A stretch of DNA of 64,000 nucleotides from an uncultured Gemmatimonadales bacterium (GTDB taxonomy: Bacteria > Gemmatimonadota > Gemmatimonadetes > Gemmatimonadales > GWC2-71-9). Below the pieces are notes generated by a model. It was not told the DNA's origin. It ran no database searches and worked only from the letters and a program-made list of their open reading frames with translations. The number at the start of each line of letters is the position of its first letter. The stretch's first letter is position 1. The translations under genes were made by a program, and so were the position numbers. The stretch lies in assembly GCA_963844035.1 (NCBI GenBank), contig CAWJMT010000005.1, positions 203,336 to 267,335 on the forward strand, written 5' to 3'. This document shows, one piece after another, positions 43,785 to 54,484 of the stretch.

Positions 43785-45188
43785 ATGACCGATCTCGGCA
43801 GCCCTTCGCGCCCGCCGGCGAATCGCCTCGGTGTGCTCGCCTACTTGCTGCTCGCCATCGGTGCCCTGGTGGGCGCGATCGGGTGGATCGCCGGCTCATC
43901 CCGCCGTCGGGTTCGTCGGCCGCTGGACCGGGCTGGTGGGGCTGGGGTTGTACGCCTGGCGGCGGCGGTCGCTGACGGCCTGGATCCTCGTATCGATGGC
44001 GGTCGGCGCCGAGGTCGGCCACGACTGGCCCGCCGTCGGCCAGTCGGCGCGGGTGTTGAGCCAGATTTTCCTCCGTCTCATCAAGACCATCATCGCTCCG
44101 CTGCTGTTTGCCACGCTCGTCGTGGGGATCGCGGGCCATTCAAACCTGCGCCAGGTGGGGCGCATGGGGCTCAAGGCGATCATCTATTTCGAAGTCGTGA
44201 CCACGATCGCGCTGTTCATCGGGCTCGCGGCGATCAACCTGTCGCGCGCCGGGGTCGGCGTCACGGTACCCGCCATGGTCGAATCCGCGGGGGTGACCGC
44301 CAAGCCGCAGACCGCCGCGGAAGCGATCCTGCACGCGTTTCCGGAGAATGTCGCCAAGGCCGTGGCCGAGGGGCACGTGCTGCAGATCGTCGTGTTCAGC
44401 ATTCTGTTCGCCATCTGCCCTGGCGCTCGTGACGGAGTCGAAGCGCCAGCCGGTGCTGGTGTTCTGCGAGGGGCTGGCCGAGGTGATGTTCAAGTTCACC
44501 AAGCTGGTGATGTACTTCGCGCCCATCGGGTGTCGGAGCGGCGATCGCGTACACCGTCGGGCATATGGGTCTCGGGATCCTCGTCAATCTGTTCAAGCTG
44601 CTCGCGACGCTGTACGTCGCCCTCATCGCGTTCCTCGTGCTCGTCCTGCTGCCGATCGCGTTGATCGCGCGGGTGCCGCTGCGGCGGTTCGCGCAGGCGA
44701 TCGCCGAGCCGGTGTCGATTGCCTTCGCCACGACGAGCTCGGAGGCGGCGCTGCCGCTGGCGATGCAGCGGATGGAGCAGCTGGGGGTGCCGCGCCAGAT
44801 CGTGGCGTTCGTGATGCCGACCGGGTACAGCTTCAACCTCGATGGGTCCACGCTCTATCTGTCGCTCGCCGCCATTTTCGTGGCGCAGGCCGCCGGGATC
44901 CACCTGTCCTTCGGGCAGCAGCTCGGGATCGTGTTCACCCTCATGCTCACGAGTAAGGGCGTGGCCGGCGTGCCGCGCGCGACGCTCGTGATCCTGCTCG
45001 CCACGGCGGCGTCGTTCGGCCTGCCCGAGTGGCCCATCCTCGCCATCCTCGGCATCGACGAGCTGATGGACATGGCGCGCACGTCGGTCAACGTGATCGG
45101 CAACTGCCTCGCGACGGTGGTGATCGCGCGCTGGGAGGGGGAGTTCCCGGCCGCCGCGACTCCCTCCGCTAGGCGTGCAGCACCTTGA
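43785..45188 (+). CDS. dicarboxylate/amino acid:cation symporter (GltP/DctA family), frameshifted
   Basis: FLRLIKTIIAPL, FATTSSEAALP, PTGYSFNLDGS, SKGVAGVP, DMARTSVNVIGN. Confidence 0.9.
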
Positions 45189-45812
45189 AGGCGTGCGTCC
45201 ATTCGTTGCGCAGGAATCCGGGGATGCACCAGAGGATGCAGAGCGGCTCGATCGCGCGCGCGGCCTCCACGCTCCCCATGTCGAGTGATTCCCACCCGAA
45301 CTGATCGAGCACGCCCGATCACCGTCTGCTTGGCCGCGGCGTCGTTGCCGCAGATGAACATCGTGGGGCGCCCGGCCGCAAAGGTCGGATTCACCATCCG
45401 CGCATTGCCCACCGAGCTGAACGCCTTCACGAAGCGGACGTTCGGGTAGGTCTTCTGAAGCCGCTCCATCAGGGACTCGTCGAGCGTAGGTGAAGAATTT
45501 CAGCACGCCGTTCACCGGGGGCGCGGCGGCGATAGGGTTGGTCGCGTCGATCACGACCTTGCCGGCGAGCGCCGGCGCACCGGCCAGGCCAACCACGTCG
45601 ACGGCCACGTCGCCTTTGACCGCGAGCACGACGATTTCGCCGAATTTCGCCGCGTCCGCGAACGAGCCGATTCTGGCGCTGGGATGCTTCGCTTGCCACT
45701 CCGTGAGCTTCGTCGCGTCGCGCGTGGCGAGCAGGACGGCGTGACCGTGCTTGAGGAAGCCGGCGCCGAGGGTCTTCGCCACGTCGCCTGAGCCCAAGAT
45801 TCCTACTTTCAT
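45169..45812 (-). CDS. NADP oxidoreductase / F420-dependent NADP reductase family (frameshifted)
   Basis: ILGSGDVA, IDATNP, VKAFSSVG, FICGND, AIEPLC. Confidence 0.85.
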
Positions 45813-46810
45813 GATTGACGCTCGCTGTCGAGGATTCGCATCTGGTGCGCATCATAACGCGTGCCCGCGACCGCCCCGACGGGGACGGCCGCTTCTATCC
45901 TAACCATGTCGCTGGGGGACAGCCGCACCTCAAGGGCGCCCAGGGCCTCGGTGAGCTGAGCGCGCTTCCGGGCGCCAATCAGCGGGACGATGCCGGGTCC
46001 TTTCGCCAGCACCCACGCGATGGCGAGCTGGGTCGCGGTGCATCCGAGCTCCGCGGCGATCGTGCGGAGGTCGGCAACGACCTGCTGGTTGCGCTCGAGG
46101 TTCCCCGCGGTGAAGCGCGGTAGGTGGCCGCGGAAGTCCCGGGCACCGCCCGGGCGTGATCCCGCGAGGAGTCCGCGGGACAGCACGCCATAGGCGGTGA
46201 CCCCGACCCCGAGGTCGGCCAGGGCGGGAAAGATCTTCGCCTCGGGCCCGCGACTGATGAGGGAGTACTCAATCTGGAGATCGGCGACGGGGTGTACCTT
46301 GTGGGCGCGGCGCACCGTGTCAGCTCCCACCTCCGAGAGCCCGATGGCCCGCACATACCCCGCCGTCACCATCTCGCCGATGGCGCCGATCGTGTCTTCG
46401 ATCGGGACGGCTGGATCGAATCGGCCGGGGCGATAGATGTCGATGTGGTCCACGCCCAGGCGCTTGAGGCTGTACGCGAGCGAGGTCTTCACGGCGGCGG
46501 GGCGGAGATCGAAGCCCAGCCATGCGCCGTCGGGGCCGCGCAGCGCGCCGAACTTCACCGAAAGCAGCGCTCGACCCGGCCGGTCGCGCAGCGCGCGGGC
46601 GATCAGCAGCTCGTTGGCCCCGGCGCCGTAGTAGTCGCCCGTATCGAGCAGCGTGATCCCGGCGTCCAGGGCGGCGTGGATCGTCGCGATGCTCTCGCGC
46701 TCGTCGGCGGGACCGTAGAAATCGGACATACCCATGCAGCCGAGGCCGATCGGAAAGACCTCGGGGCCGGTGCCGAGGCGGCGGGGAGCGGGCGCTGGTG
46801 GAGTGGTCAT
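45809..46810 (-). CDS. aldo/keto reductase
   Basis: GLGCMGMS, DTGDYYG, IGLSE, LQIEYSL. Confidence 0.93.
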   Translation of the reverse strand: MTTPPAPAPRRLGTGPEVFPIGLGCMGMSDFYGPADERESIATIHAALDAGITLLDTGDYYGAGANELLIARALRDRPGRALLSVKFGALRGPDGAWLGFDLRPAAVKTSLAYSLKRLGVDHIDIYRPGRFDPAVPIEDTIGAIGEMVTAGYVRAIGLSEVGADTVRRAHKVHPVADLQIEYSLISRGPEAKIFPALADLGVGVTAYGVLSRGLLAGSRPGGARDFRGHLPRFTAGNLERNQQVVADLRTIAAELGCTATQLAIAWVLAKGPGIVPLIGARKRAQLTEALGALEVRLSPSDMVRIEAAVPVGAVAGTRYDAHQMRILDSERQS

Positions 46811-46853
46811 GGGGCGATGTTGTATTGTAACCTAGTCGCGCAGCTTGGCGCCC

Positions 46854-47901
46854 TCACCTCGCTTGTAGCGAACGCCCGCGTCGCGGTTCAAGCCCGCCCT
46901 CCTGCTGCTTGGCGGGCGAGGTGCCAGGAATCGGGAACCCCAGCGCCATGCGCAGCCCGCGCCATTTCGTCTTGAGATCGGCGATGAAGTGGGACGGTGG
47001 CCGGTAGCCGTAGGCCCGGTACTGTCCCGGCTGCACCTTGCCCTTGCCGGCGACGTGTTGGGCGAAGCGGTCGGTCCACTCGTCGAAATCGCGCAGCAAT
47101 CCTGGCTGGTCTGCCATGTGCTCGGCCTGGTTGTCGCTGTACTTCGTCCCGCGGCCGAACTCCACGTAGCGCCAGAGCGCGTCCGGCACCTCGATCCCGC
47201 TGTAGCGGCATTGCCAGACGATCGGGCCGTAGCGCATCGCGCATGTCCTCGAACGGCTCCTGGTCTGGATCGAACCACGCGTCGTGTTGCAGGATCTTGG
47301 GACGGCCGGCGTCGTCGAGCTCGTCTCCCCCTCCGTCCCCGTAACAGAAGAACGCGGCGGACCGTCCTTCGAGGTGATTCTGGCTGAGCTTGGTCCACTC
47401 GGGCGAATGCTCGAGCTGGATGGCGAGCGCGGGGTCCTTGTGACCGATCAGGTCCTCGCGCGGATTCCCGCCGTTCATGCACACCAGCCGGTCGAACATC
47501 GCCTTGAGGTTGCTGCTGGGCGCGTACCAGTTCACCGGGCCGATGATCGCCCACGCATCCGCCAGGTCGAGCCGGGCGTAGAGGTCGAGGTTCCACATCA
47601 GGTCCGGCTGGCCGTAGTTGTGTTTTTCGTAGCAGTTGCACGGCCAGACACACAACGCCATCGAGGTCGACACGCACCCGTTGCAGGTGCGGATCTGCTC
47701 GCGGTTCCAGACGTTGCCGAGATCCTCGACGTCGATTTCCCACTCCTGTGGCAAGCGATCGGCCATGCGGAACATCAGGGTGCGGGCTTTGGAGTCGGCG
47801 CCGGGGCAGTCGTACTGGCGGCGGTCCGATCCGGCGATGAGGAGCACGCGAAATGGCCGGTCCTCGGGTGCGCGGGCGCCGTTCGCATCGTTGGGTTTCA
47901 T
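46854..47901 (-). CDS. flavodoxin-like NAD(P)H-dependent oxidoreductase with Cys cluster (frameshifted)
   Basis: IAGS, CNGCVSTSMALCVWPCNCY, PVNWYAPSSNLKAMFDRL. Confidence 0.8.
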
Positions 47902-47949
47902 GACTCTCGTACCCACCTAGATGCGCTTCGGCTGCGTGGCGCTCGTGCC

Positions 47950-48846
47950 TCAGTGCTGCTGGAACACCCGGATGTAGTCGACTTCGAGCTGCCGGACCAG
48001 CGTAGGATCCAGTAATCCCTTGTTCCACGAGCGCTGCCAGGTGTTGTCGACCATCACGTCCAGAATGATCTGCATCGGACCGTTTTCGATCGTGGACGCA
48101 TCGCCGTCGAACTGCGCGCAGCGCACGCCGTCGATGTACCACGCCACGTGGGTGGGTTGCCAGTCCACGCCGAAGCGGTGGAAGTCGGTGGTGTAGTCCA
48201 GCGCCGGACAGGCTCCGTTGTTGCCGACTCCGCTGTTCACGGCGTAGGACGAGCTCCGGTCATTGTAGTGATACGTCATGAACATCGTTACGGGATCGTG
48301 CCCGAGGTGCTCGAGGATATCGATCTCGGTCCGATAGACGTACGTCGGGTCGGCGGGCAGCATCCAGAATGCGGTGAAGAAACCCTGCGTGCCGATCAGC
48401 TTCAGCCGTGCTTCCACATACCCGTACGTGAACTTGTAGAGATAGCCGGATCCGTTGTCTGCCCGCGGGCGCGCGGTGGACAGCAACCCGGAGCGGTAGG
48501 TGCATGCTCCATTCTGGCAGGCGTTGGACGGGATCGCGGGGCTCACGGGCTCGGCGACGAGCCGGGCGACCCCGCCACTCACACGGATCTGCGAGGGGGC
48601 GTACTGCTCGCGTCCCTGGTTGAACGACGCGGTGCAGCCGCCGTAGTTCCAATCGAAGCAGGGTGTGAGCTTCACCGGATCGTAGCTCGTGCCCGCGAAT
48701 TCTTCGGAGAAGGCGAGCTGCCAGGTGCGCCCCGCCGCCGCAGGCGGGAGCCACGAATTGCAGTCCACACACCCATTTGCCTCAGGCCCCGGCGGGGGAT
48801 TACATGCCGCGACCGCCACCGCGACGAGTGTGAGCAGCCGGATCAT
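47950..48846 (-). CDS. GH16 glycoside hydrolase lipoprotein
   Basis: VAAC lipobox, FSEEF, FTYGYVEAR, AFWML, EIDILE catalytic motif. Confidence 0.9.
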   Translation of the reverse strand: MIRLLTLVAVAVAACNPPPGPEANGCVDCNSWLPPAAAGRTWQLAFSEEFAGTSYDPVKLTPCFDWNYGGCTASFNQGREQYAPSQIRVSGGVARLVAEPVSPAIPSNACQNGACTYRSGLLSTARPRADNGSGYLYKFTYGYVEARLKLIGTQGFFTAFWMLPADPTYVYRTEIDILEHLGHDPVTMFMTYHYNDRSSSYAVNSGVGNNGACPALDYTTDFHRFGVDWQPTHVAWYIDGVRCAQFDGDASTIENGPMQIILDVMVDNTWQRSWNKGLLDPTLVRQLEVDYIRVFQQH

Positions 48847-48983
48847 AGGCCTGAACCTCGGGCGCGTGGCGACCGGGTGCCGTGTCCGACATCACGCGGT
48901 CCGGGGCCGCTGTGCAAGTGCTTTCACTGTGTGGAGGTTGCACAGTACCGCGCTGAGCGGCACGCCGCTAAGTTAGGGGCCGC

Positions 48984-49056
48984 GCCACCGTAGCTCAGTC
49001 GGTAGAGCACCGCATTCGTAATGCGGGGGTCGTCGGTTCAAATCCGACCGGTGGCT
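48984..49056 (+). tRNA. tRNA-Thr (CGT)
   Basis: Acceptor GCCACCG/CGGTGGC, anticodon CCGCA-TTCGTAA-TGCGG. Confidence 0.95.
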
Positions 49057-49154
49057 CCTAGACTGTGAAGGCGGGCAAGGCGGGCAGGCGGTCAGTGACA
49101 GCTGCTCGCCGACCGCCGCTTCTGACCGCCTGACCGCCCGACCGCCTCCCGCCT

Positions 49155-49715
49155 CTACTTCATCTGATTCGGATTCTGATACACCATCAGGTGCGCGTAC
49201 GGCGTGCCCGCGAACATGATGTAGACGCCGCTCGGGTTCTCCTTCGTCGGCAAGCCGGTCGTCGCCGCATCGAAGCCCCACATCAACATCCAATGCGGCG
49301 GCTCCTTGACCATGTGCGTGTTGGCGCCGGGTGCCATCACCGACTCGCCCCCCGGGACCTGGAGCTGATTGCCACCCATCGCCATGTAGGCGATGCCAGG
49401 CTCCGTGTTGGGCGGCTTGGGGAGGCCGGACGCGGCTGCGACGATCCACGCCAACCCGTTCTTGTCCGCGCAGAACGGGGATTCCGGGTCACCCGGGACG
49501 CCGACCACGCAGGTGAAGCCGTTCGTGCCAGGCCGGATCACCGTCACCGCGCCCTTGGCGTCGATGCGGGCGATGGCGGCCTTGCTGCCGATCGCCGGCG
49601 CAGCCCCGGACTCGGCGACCTTGGTGTACTGCGCGTCGCTCATCGCGGGCGCCTGCGCAGCGGCCAGTGCCGGTGCCAGGAACGCCGCGCCACAAACTGC
49701 TGCAAGGAAACGCAT
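49155..49715 (-). CDS. secreted hypothetical protein
   Basis: GGAG SD, signal peptide, GTNGFTC..C..PPHWM..GTPYAHLM. Confidence 0.75.
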   Translation of the reverse strand: MRFLAAVCGAAFLAPALAAAQAPAMSDAQYTKVAESGAAPAIGSKAAIARIDAKGAVTVIRPGTNGFTCVVGVPGDPESPFCADKNGLAWIVAAASGLPKPPNTEPGIAYMAMGGNQLQVPGGESVMAPGANTHMVKEPPHWMLMWGFDAATTGLPTKENPSGVYIMFAGTPYAHLMVYQNPNQMK

Positions 49716-49791
49716 GGCTTGCTCCGAGGGTGTAGGGTAGGGGAAGATTCTACGCCGTTGACAGGAGACGGGGAAGAAGGGACGTCCAGTA

Positions 49792-50952
49792 TTAGAACGC
49801 CTCGCCCACGGAGAAATACAGCAGCCCGCCGTCACGCCCCCAGGCATAGTCGAGCCGCATATGCATGGGGTACTTGTTGGTGAGCTGGAATCGCAGGCCC
49901 AGGCCTCCCGCCGGGAGCACCTTCGCGCTGAAGATATCTGACAGAGCGGGAGCGACCTGTCCAAAGCCGCCGAAAACCGCACCGCCGACGCGCCCGTTCG
50001 TATGACCGCGCAACTCAAACTGCACGACGTTCCCATAGTGATCGCGGTAGCGTCCCTGGGTGTAGCCACGCAGTACGTAGCGGCCCGAGCCAAGAGCACA
50101 CAGTCCGTAGAACGGCGGGTCGCCCGGCGCGGCGCAGGCGTTGATATTGGTGGCGAGCACGAGCGATCGACCGCGGAGCGTATTGAACCAGGACCACGCC
50201 AGCTGGTAGCGTTGAAAGGTCCCCGACGTTCCGGTCTGCGTCGAAAAGAACCGCGCCTTCAGCTCAGCCAGCGATCCGTGGTATGGCCAGTAATCGTTGT
50301 CCCGGGTGTCGAGCTCGCCTTGTATTCCGGGCGCGAGGAGGACTGCCTTCGACTGATTGGGAACGGCGGGTGCGCCCGGCACCGAGTCGCGTAAGGCGAC
50401 CGTGGTTTCCATCCGGACGATCGATGCGCCGAGGTAGAGGGGCCCGAACACGCGCCGCAATACGGCGCCGCCGGCCATGAACAGCGTCTGGTCGAGCGGT
50501 ACCGCCTGTCCCGATTCCCCCGCGTCGACACCGATGCCATAGAAGTCGTAGTGGAGGTCCAGGTACGATAGCATGCCGCGCACCCGCCACTTGTCGCTCG
50601 CGAATCGCGCCATTTCCATTCCCATCACGCCCCAACTGCCGTTCTCGCTCGCCAATGCGGCGATCGCGCCGGTGGACGGTTTGACGCTCGTGTCGGCGTC
50701 CAATCGGTGAATCAAGCCGAGCATCAGGACTCCACCCCATCCGAGCTGGGAATTCTTGAATGGAACTGGAGCAATGAGCGGGGTCACGCCCCGGCCGGTC
50801 TTGCGACTGGTCCCGTCGCCCGGTTCATCGGTGGGATCGAGTGACGGCACGTTCGCCGCTGTGGGGTCGAGGACCGGCTCGGAGACGCCTTGGGCCCGAG
50901 TCACGGTAACCATCCCCACAGTGCACACAACGATCAGCAGCGCGAGCCGCAT
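49792..50952 (-). CDS. BamA/TamA (Omp85) family outer-membrane protein
   Basis: DTRDN, LRGYTQGRYRD, RLDYAWG, C-terminal GEAF. Confidence 0.85.
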   Translation of the reverse strand: MRLALLIVVCTVGMVTVTRAQGVSEPVLDPTAANVPSLDPTDEPGDGTSRKTGRGVTPLIAPVPFKNSQLGWGGVLMLGLIHRLDADTSVKPSTGAIAALASENGSWGVMGMEMARFASDKWRVRGMLSYLDLHYDFYGIGVDAGESGQAVPLDQTLFMAGGAVLRRVFGPLYLGASIVRMETTVALRDSVPGAPAVPNQSKAVLLAPGIQGELDTRDNDYWPYHGSLAELKARFFSTQTGTSGTFQRYQLAWSWFNTLRGRSLVLATNINACAAPGDPPFYGLCALGSGRYVLRGYTQGRYRDHYGNVVQFELRGHTNGRVGGAVFGGFGQVAPALSDIFSAKVLPAGGLGLRFQLTNKYPMHMRLDYAWGRDGGLLYFSVGEAF

Positions 50953-51105
50953 GCGAGAATCCCGCAGGCCGAGGAAGCTGCACACTCGCCGCTCCGCTAC
51001 TTCATGTGCCAGTAGTACTTTTGGGAGGGGTGGTCAGGCGTCATTGCTGCCCGCCCAACCGACCTCCTCACTAACCGTCTGACCGCCTAACCGCCTAGTT
51101 GTTAG

Positions 51106-51134
51106 TTGACACCGCAGCGCTCAGTTGCTACCGT
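51106..51134 (+). promoter_or_regulatory. sigma70 promoter of the aroF leader
   Basis: TTGACA-17 nt-TACCGT, ATG 6 nt downstream. Confidence 0.85.
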
Positions 51135-51140
51135 ACTCCC

Positions 51141-51230
51141 ATGCCGCGCACGAACTATTATTTCGGGTTTTTTTGGTTCGGCCCCACGGGGTCGTCAGGT
51201 TCGTGCGCACGGGCGGCAGTGACCGATTGA
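51141..51230 (+). CDS. aromatic-amino-acid attenuator leader peptide (29 aa, not in ORF track)
   Basis: MPRTNYYFGFFWFGPTGSSGSCARAAVTD*: 7 aromatic codons in 8. Confidence 0.85.
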   Translation: MPRTNYYFGFFWFGPTGSSGSCARAAVTD

Positions 51231-51254
51231 ACTGACCCGAGAGCGAAATGAACC

Positions 51255-51289
51255 GACGGCCCCGGCAAACTCCCGGGGCCGTTCGTTTT
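51255..51289 (+). terminator. attenuator terminator hairpin
   Basis: GACGGCCCCGG-CAAACTC-CCGGGGCCGTT-CGTTTT. Confidence 0.85.
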
Positions 51290-51313
51290 CCGGACCGTCT
51301 TGAGGAGCAGCCC

Positions 51314-52354
51314 ATGATCATCGTCCTACGTCCGCACGTTACGGAGGAAGAGCTCACCCGCGTGGTGGAACAGGTGCGCGCGCTCGGGCTCACGCCGCAT
51401 GTGTCGCGCGGCGCGACGCGCACCATCGTCGGATGCATCGGCGACGAGGACCGGCTGCGCGAGGTCCCGCTGATGTCCTTCCCGGCGGTCGAATCGGTCC
51501 TGCCGATCGAAAAGGCGTACAAGCTGGCGGCCCGGGAGTTCGCGGCCGGGGACACGCTGGTCCAGCTGGGTCAGGCCGCCATCGGCGACGGGGCCGTGCA
51601 CGTGATTGCCGGGCCGTGCTCCGTCGAAGGTCCCGAGATGCTGCTGCAGACCGCCGAATCGGTGAAAGCGGCCGGGGCGATTGGGTTACGGGGCGGCGCC
51701 TTCAAGCCGCGCACCTCGCCCTACTCGTTCCATGGGCTGGGCAGCGGCGCGCTCGACATGCTCGCCGACGTGCGGGCGGCCACGGGCCTGCCGGTGATCA
51801 CCGAGACGCTCGATACGCGCCACGTCGCCGCGGTCGCCGCCAAGGTCGACTGCGTGCAGGTGGGCGCGCGCAACATGCAGAACTTCGCGCTGCTCAACGA
51901 AGTGGGATCGTGCGGCAAGCCGGTGCTGCTCAAGCGGGGCATGTCGGCGACCCTCGAAGACCTGCTGCTCGCCGCCGAGTACATCCTGGCGCGGGGCAAC
52001 TCCCAGGTAATGCTGTGCGAGCGGGGCATCCGCACCTTCGACCGCACCCTGCGCAACACCCTCGACATCAACGCCGTGCCCTATCTCAAGCGTGAGACGC
52101 ACCTGCCGGTGCTCGTGGATCCGAGTCACGCGTGCGGGCGGCGTGACCTGGTCCCCGCGCTCGCGCTCGCGGCGATCTGCGCCGGCGCGGATGGTCTGGT
52201 GATCGAGGTGCACCCCGATCCCGATCATGCGCTCTCCGACGGGGACCAGTCGATGTCGCTCGAGGGGTTCGCCGAGCTGATGGAGCGGGTGCGGGACGTG
52301 GCGCAGGCGCTGGGGCGCGGCGTGGCGGAGACGTCGACGCCGGCGCGGCGCTAG
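51314..52354 (+). CDS. aroF: 3-deoxy-7-phosphoheptulonate (DAHP) synthase, type I-beta with N-terminal regulatory domain
   Basis: GAGGAG SD; IAGPCSVE, GGAFKPRTSPYSF, GARNMQNF, CERGIRTF, DPSH. Confidence 0.95.
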   Translation: MIIVLRPHVTEEELTRVVEQVRALGLTPHVSRGATRTIVGCIGDEDRLREVPLMSFPAVESVLPIEKAYKLAAREFAAGDTLVQLGQAAIGDGAVHVIAGPCSVEGPEMLLQTAESVKAAGAIGLRGGAFKPRTSPYSFHGLGSGALDMLADVRAATGLPVITETLDTRHVAAVAAKVDCVQVGARNMQNFALLNEVGSCGKPVLLKRGMSATLEDLLLAAEYILARGNSQVMLCERGIRTFDRTLRNTLDINAVPYLKRETHLPVLVDPSHACGRRDLVPALALAAICAGADGLVIEVHPDPDHALSDGDQSMSLEGFAELMERVRDVAQALGRGVAETSTPARR

Positions 52355-52382
52355 ACGGCGCCTAGACGGCGCCTAGACGGCG
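52351..52382. repeat. 11-nt tandem repeat CTAGACGGCGC x3 between convergent genes
   Basis: Three units; first holds the aroF stop, last holds the pilT stop. Confidence 0.8.
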
Positions 52383-53968
52383 AGAGAAAGCTTGTGGCCC
52401 TTGGCCTTGAGTGACGCGACCAGGCCCGCCTTCTCCATCGACCGCATGTAGGCCTCGTCGGGCGTGACGAGCTTCTTCTCCACCAGCTCGAGCAGCGCGT
52501 CGTTCAACGTGATCATGCCGATCTGCTTGCTGGTCTGCATGATCGACGGGATCTGGAAGATCTTCGACTCACGGATCAGGTTGGAGACCGCGGGCGTGGT
52601 GATCAGGATCTCGCGCGCCGCGACCCGTCCGCCGCCGATCTTCTTGCACAGCGTCTGACACGACCACCCCCCGCAGCGATTCCGACAGCATCACGCGGAT
52701 CTGTGACTGGCGGTCGGCCGGGAACTGATCGATGATGCGGTCCACGGTGGACGCCGCCGTGGTGGTGTGCAGCGTGCCGAACACGAGGTGCCCCGTCTCC
52801 GCCGTTTCGATCGCGATCGCGATCGTCTCGAGGTCGCGCATCTCGCCCACCAGCACGATATCCGGATCTTCGCGCAGCGCGGCGCGCAGCGCCGACTTGA
52901 AGCTGTCGGTGTGCAGCCCCACCTGGCGCTGCGTGATCACGCACTTCTTGTTCTCGTGCACGAACTCGATCGGATCTTCGATCGTGATGATGTGGTCGGT
53001 GCGCGTGCGGTTGATGAGGTCGATCAGACCGCTCAAGCGTGGTGGACTTCCCCGAGCCGGTCGGGCCCGTCACCAGCACCAGCCCCTTGGTGAGGTAGCA
53101 CAGCGCCTGCACTTCCTTCGTGATCTCGAGCTGGTCGGCCGTCATCACCTGCGCCGGGATCACCCGGAGCACCGCCAAGGGACCCTTGCGGTCGCGGCCC
53201 GCGTTGACGCGGAACCGCGCCAGGCCCGCCACCTCGTACGCGAAGTCCGCGTCGCCGGTGTTGTTCCAGGAGGTGCGGTCCCGGTCCGCCATGATGGAGA
53301 GCAGGGTCATCTCGAGCTGGTCAGCCGTGATCGCCGGCATGGCGGGCTGGCGCTTCATTTCGCCGTGCGTGCGGAAGATCGGCGGCTCGCCCACCCGCAG
53401 GTGCAGGTCGGAGGATCCCGATGACACGAGCAGTTTGAGCAGCTCACCCAGGGCTCGCGCCGCGAGCTTGAAATCGCTAGCTGCCGAACTCGGCCGGGAT
53501 CGCCGCCGGGGGCGGCGCGGAGGCCTTCGTCTCCGCCGCCGCGCGCTGCGCGGCCTTGACCGCCTGCGGGATCGCGCTCTCGGGCATAGGGGAGGACGCC
53601 ATCGTGGCAGCCCCTTTGGCTGGTGCGCGCCCCATCGACGCCACCGCCGCGGCCGCGGCGGTGCGCTCTCCCGGCGAGATCACCGCGGTGAGGCGCCCAT
53701 TGTCGGGCACCACGCGCACCTGCACGAGGCCCCGGTCGGCCACGTAATCGAACGCCGTCTCGGCCATCTTGTCGATCTGATCGGCGGAATCGGATGGCGC
53801 GACCTCGACGAGCAGCGAGTAGATGTGCTTGTCGGTGAGCGGCTGGCGGCTCACTTTGCGCGGCTTGCCGTCCTTCACCATCGTCACCGGCTCGTCCGGC
53901 AGCAAGTACAGCTGGTCGCCCCCTTCACGCAGGAGCACGTCCACGAACGGATCGAGGCTGGTCGGCAT
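52373..53968 (-). CDS. pilT: type IV pilus retraction ATPase with an extra N-terminal PilT-like domain (frameshifted)
   Basis: SDLHL, GPTGSGKSTT, TIEDPIE, ALREDPD, GEMRDLET, TGHLVFGTLHT. Confidence 0.9.
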
Positions 53969-53972
53969 TAGG

Positions 53973-54443
53973 CTAGTCCAGGGGGCGGGCGTACAACACA
54001 TGCGCCCGATTGATGTAGTGCGTGGCCGCGTGCGTCCAGACCGCGAAGAACCGATCCTGCGTGGAGTTGAGATAGTCGAGCAGGCGCGCCTGTTCGGGCG
54101 GCAGCTCGGCGCTCGCCCAGCCGTTGAACATTGTTCCCCCGGCAAGCACCACTTCGATTCCCAGCAGCTTCGCCGCCGAGAGGCGGGCGGGATCGGCCAT
54201 CGGCGCCTGCCGGTCCAGGGTCACCGCCATGGTGTGCAGCTTCGCGATGAGCATCACGTCCGTGCCGGGCTCAGGCCGGAAGGCGAAGAACGCCTGCGGC
54301 CGGTTCAGCATCTCGAGCACGGATTCCGAGCCTTCGTGCTGAGGGACCCGCTCCATGACGTACAGCTCCCCAGCATGGGCCGCGCCCTCGGTCAGGAGGA
54401 CGCGGGTCGGGACGGCGGTGCGGGGAAGGGCGAAGACTGACAC
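53973..54443 (-). CDS. hypothetical protein with two similar halves
   Basis: GTG start 7 nt after TAAGTT; halves EMLNRPQAFF and DYLNSTQDRFF. Confidence 0.65.
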   Translation of the reverse strand: MSVFALPRTAVPTRVLLTEGAAHAGELYVMERVPQHEGSESVLEMLNRPQAFFAFRPEPGTDVMLIAKLHTMAVTLDRQAPMADPARLSAAKLLGIEVVLAGGTMFNGWASAELPPEQARLLDYLNSTQDRFFAVWTHAATHYINRAHVLYARPLD

Positions 54444-54484
54444 GGGGAACAACTTACAAGCATTGGCCGGAGGAATCCACGAAA

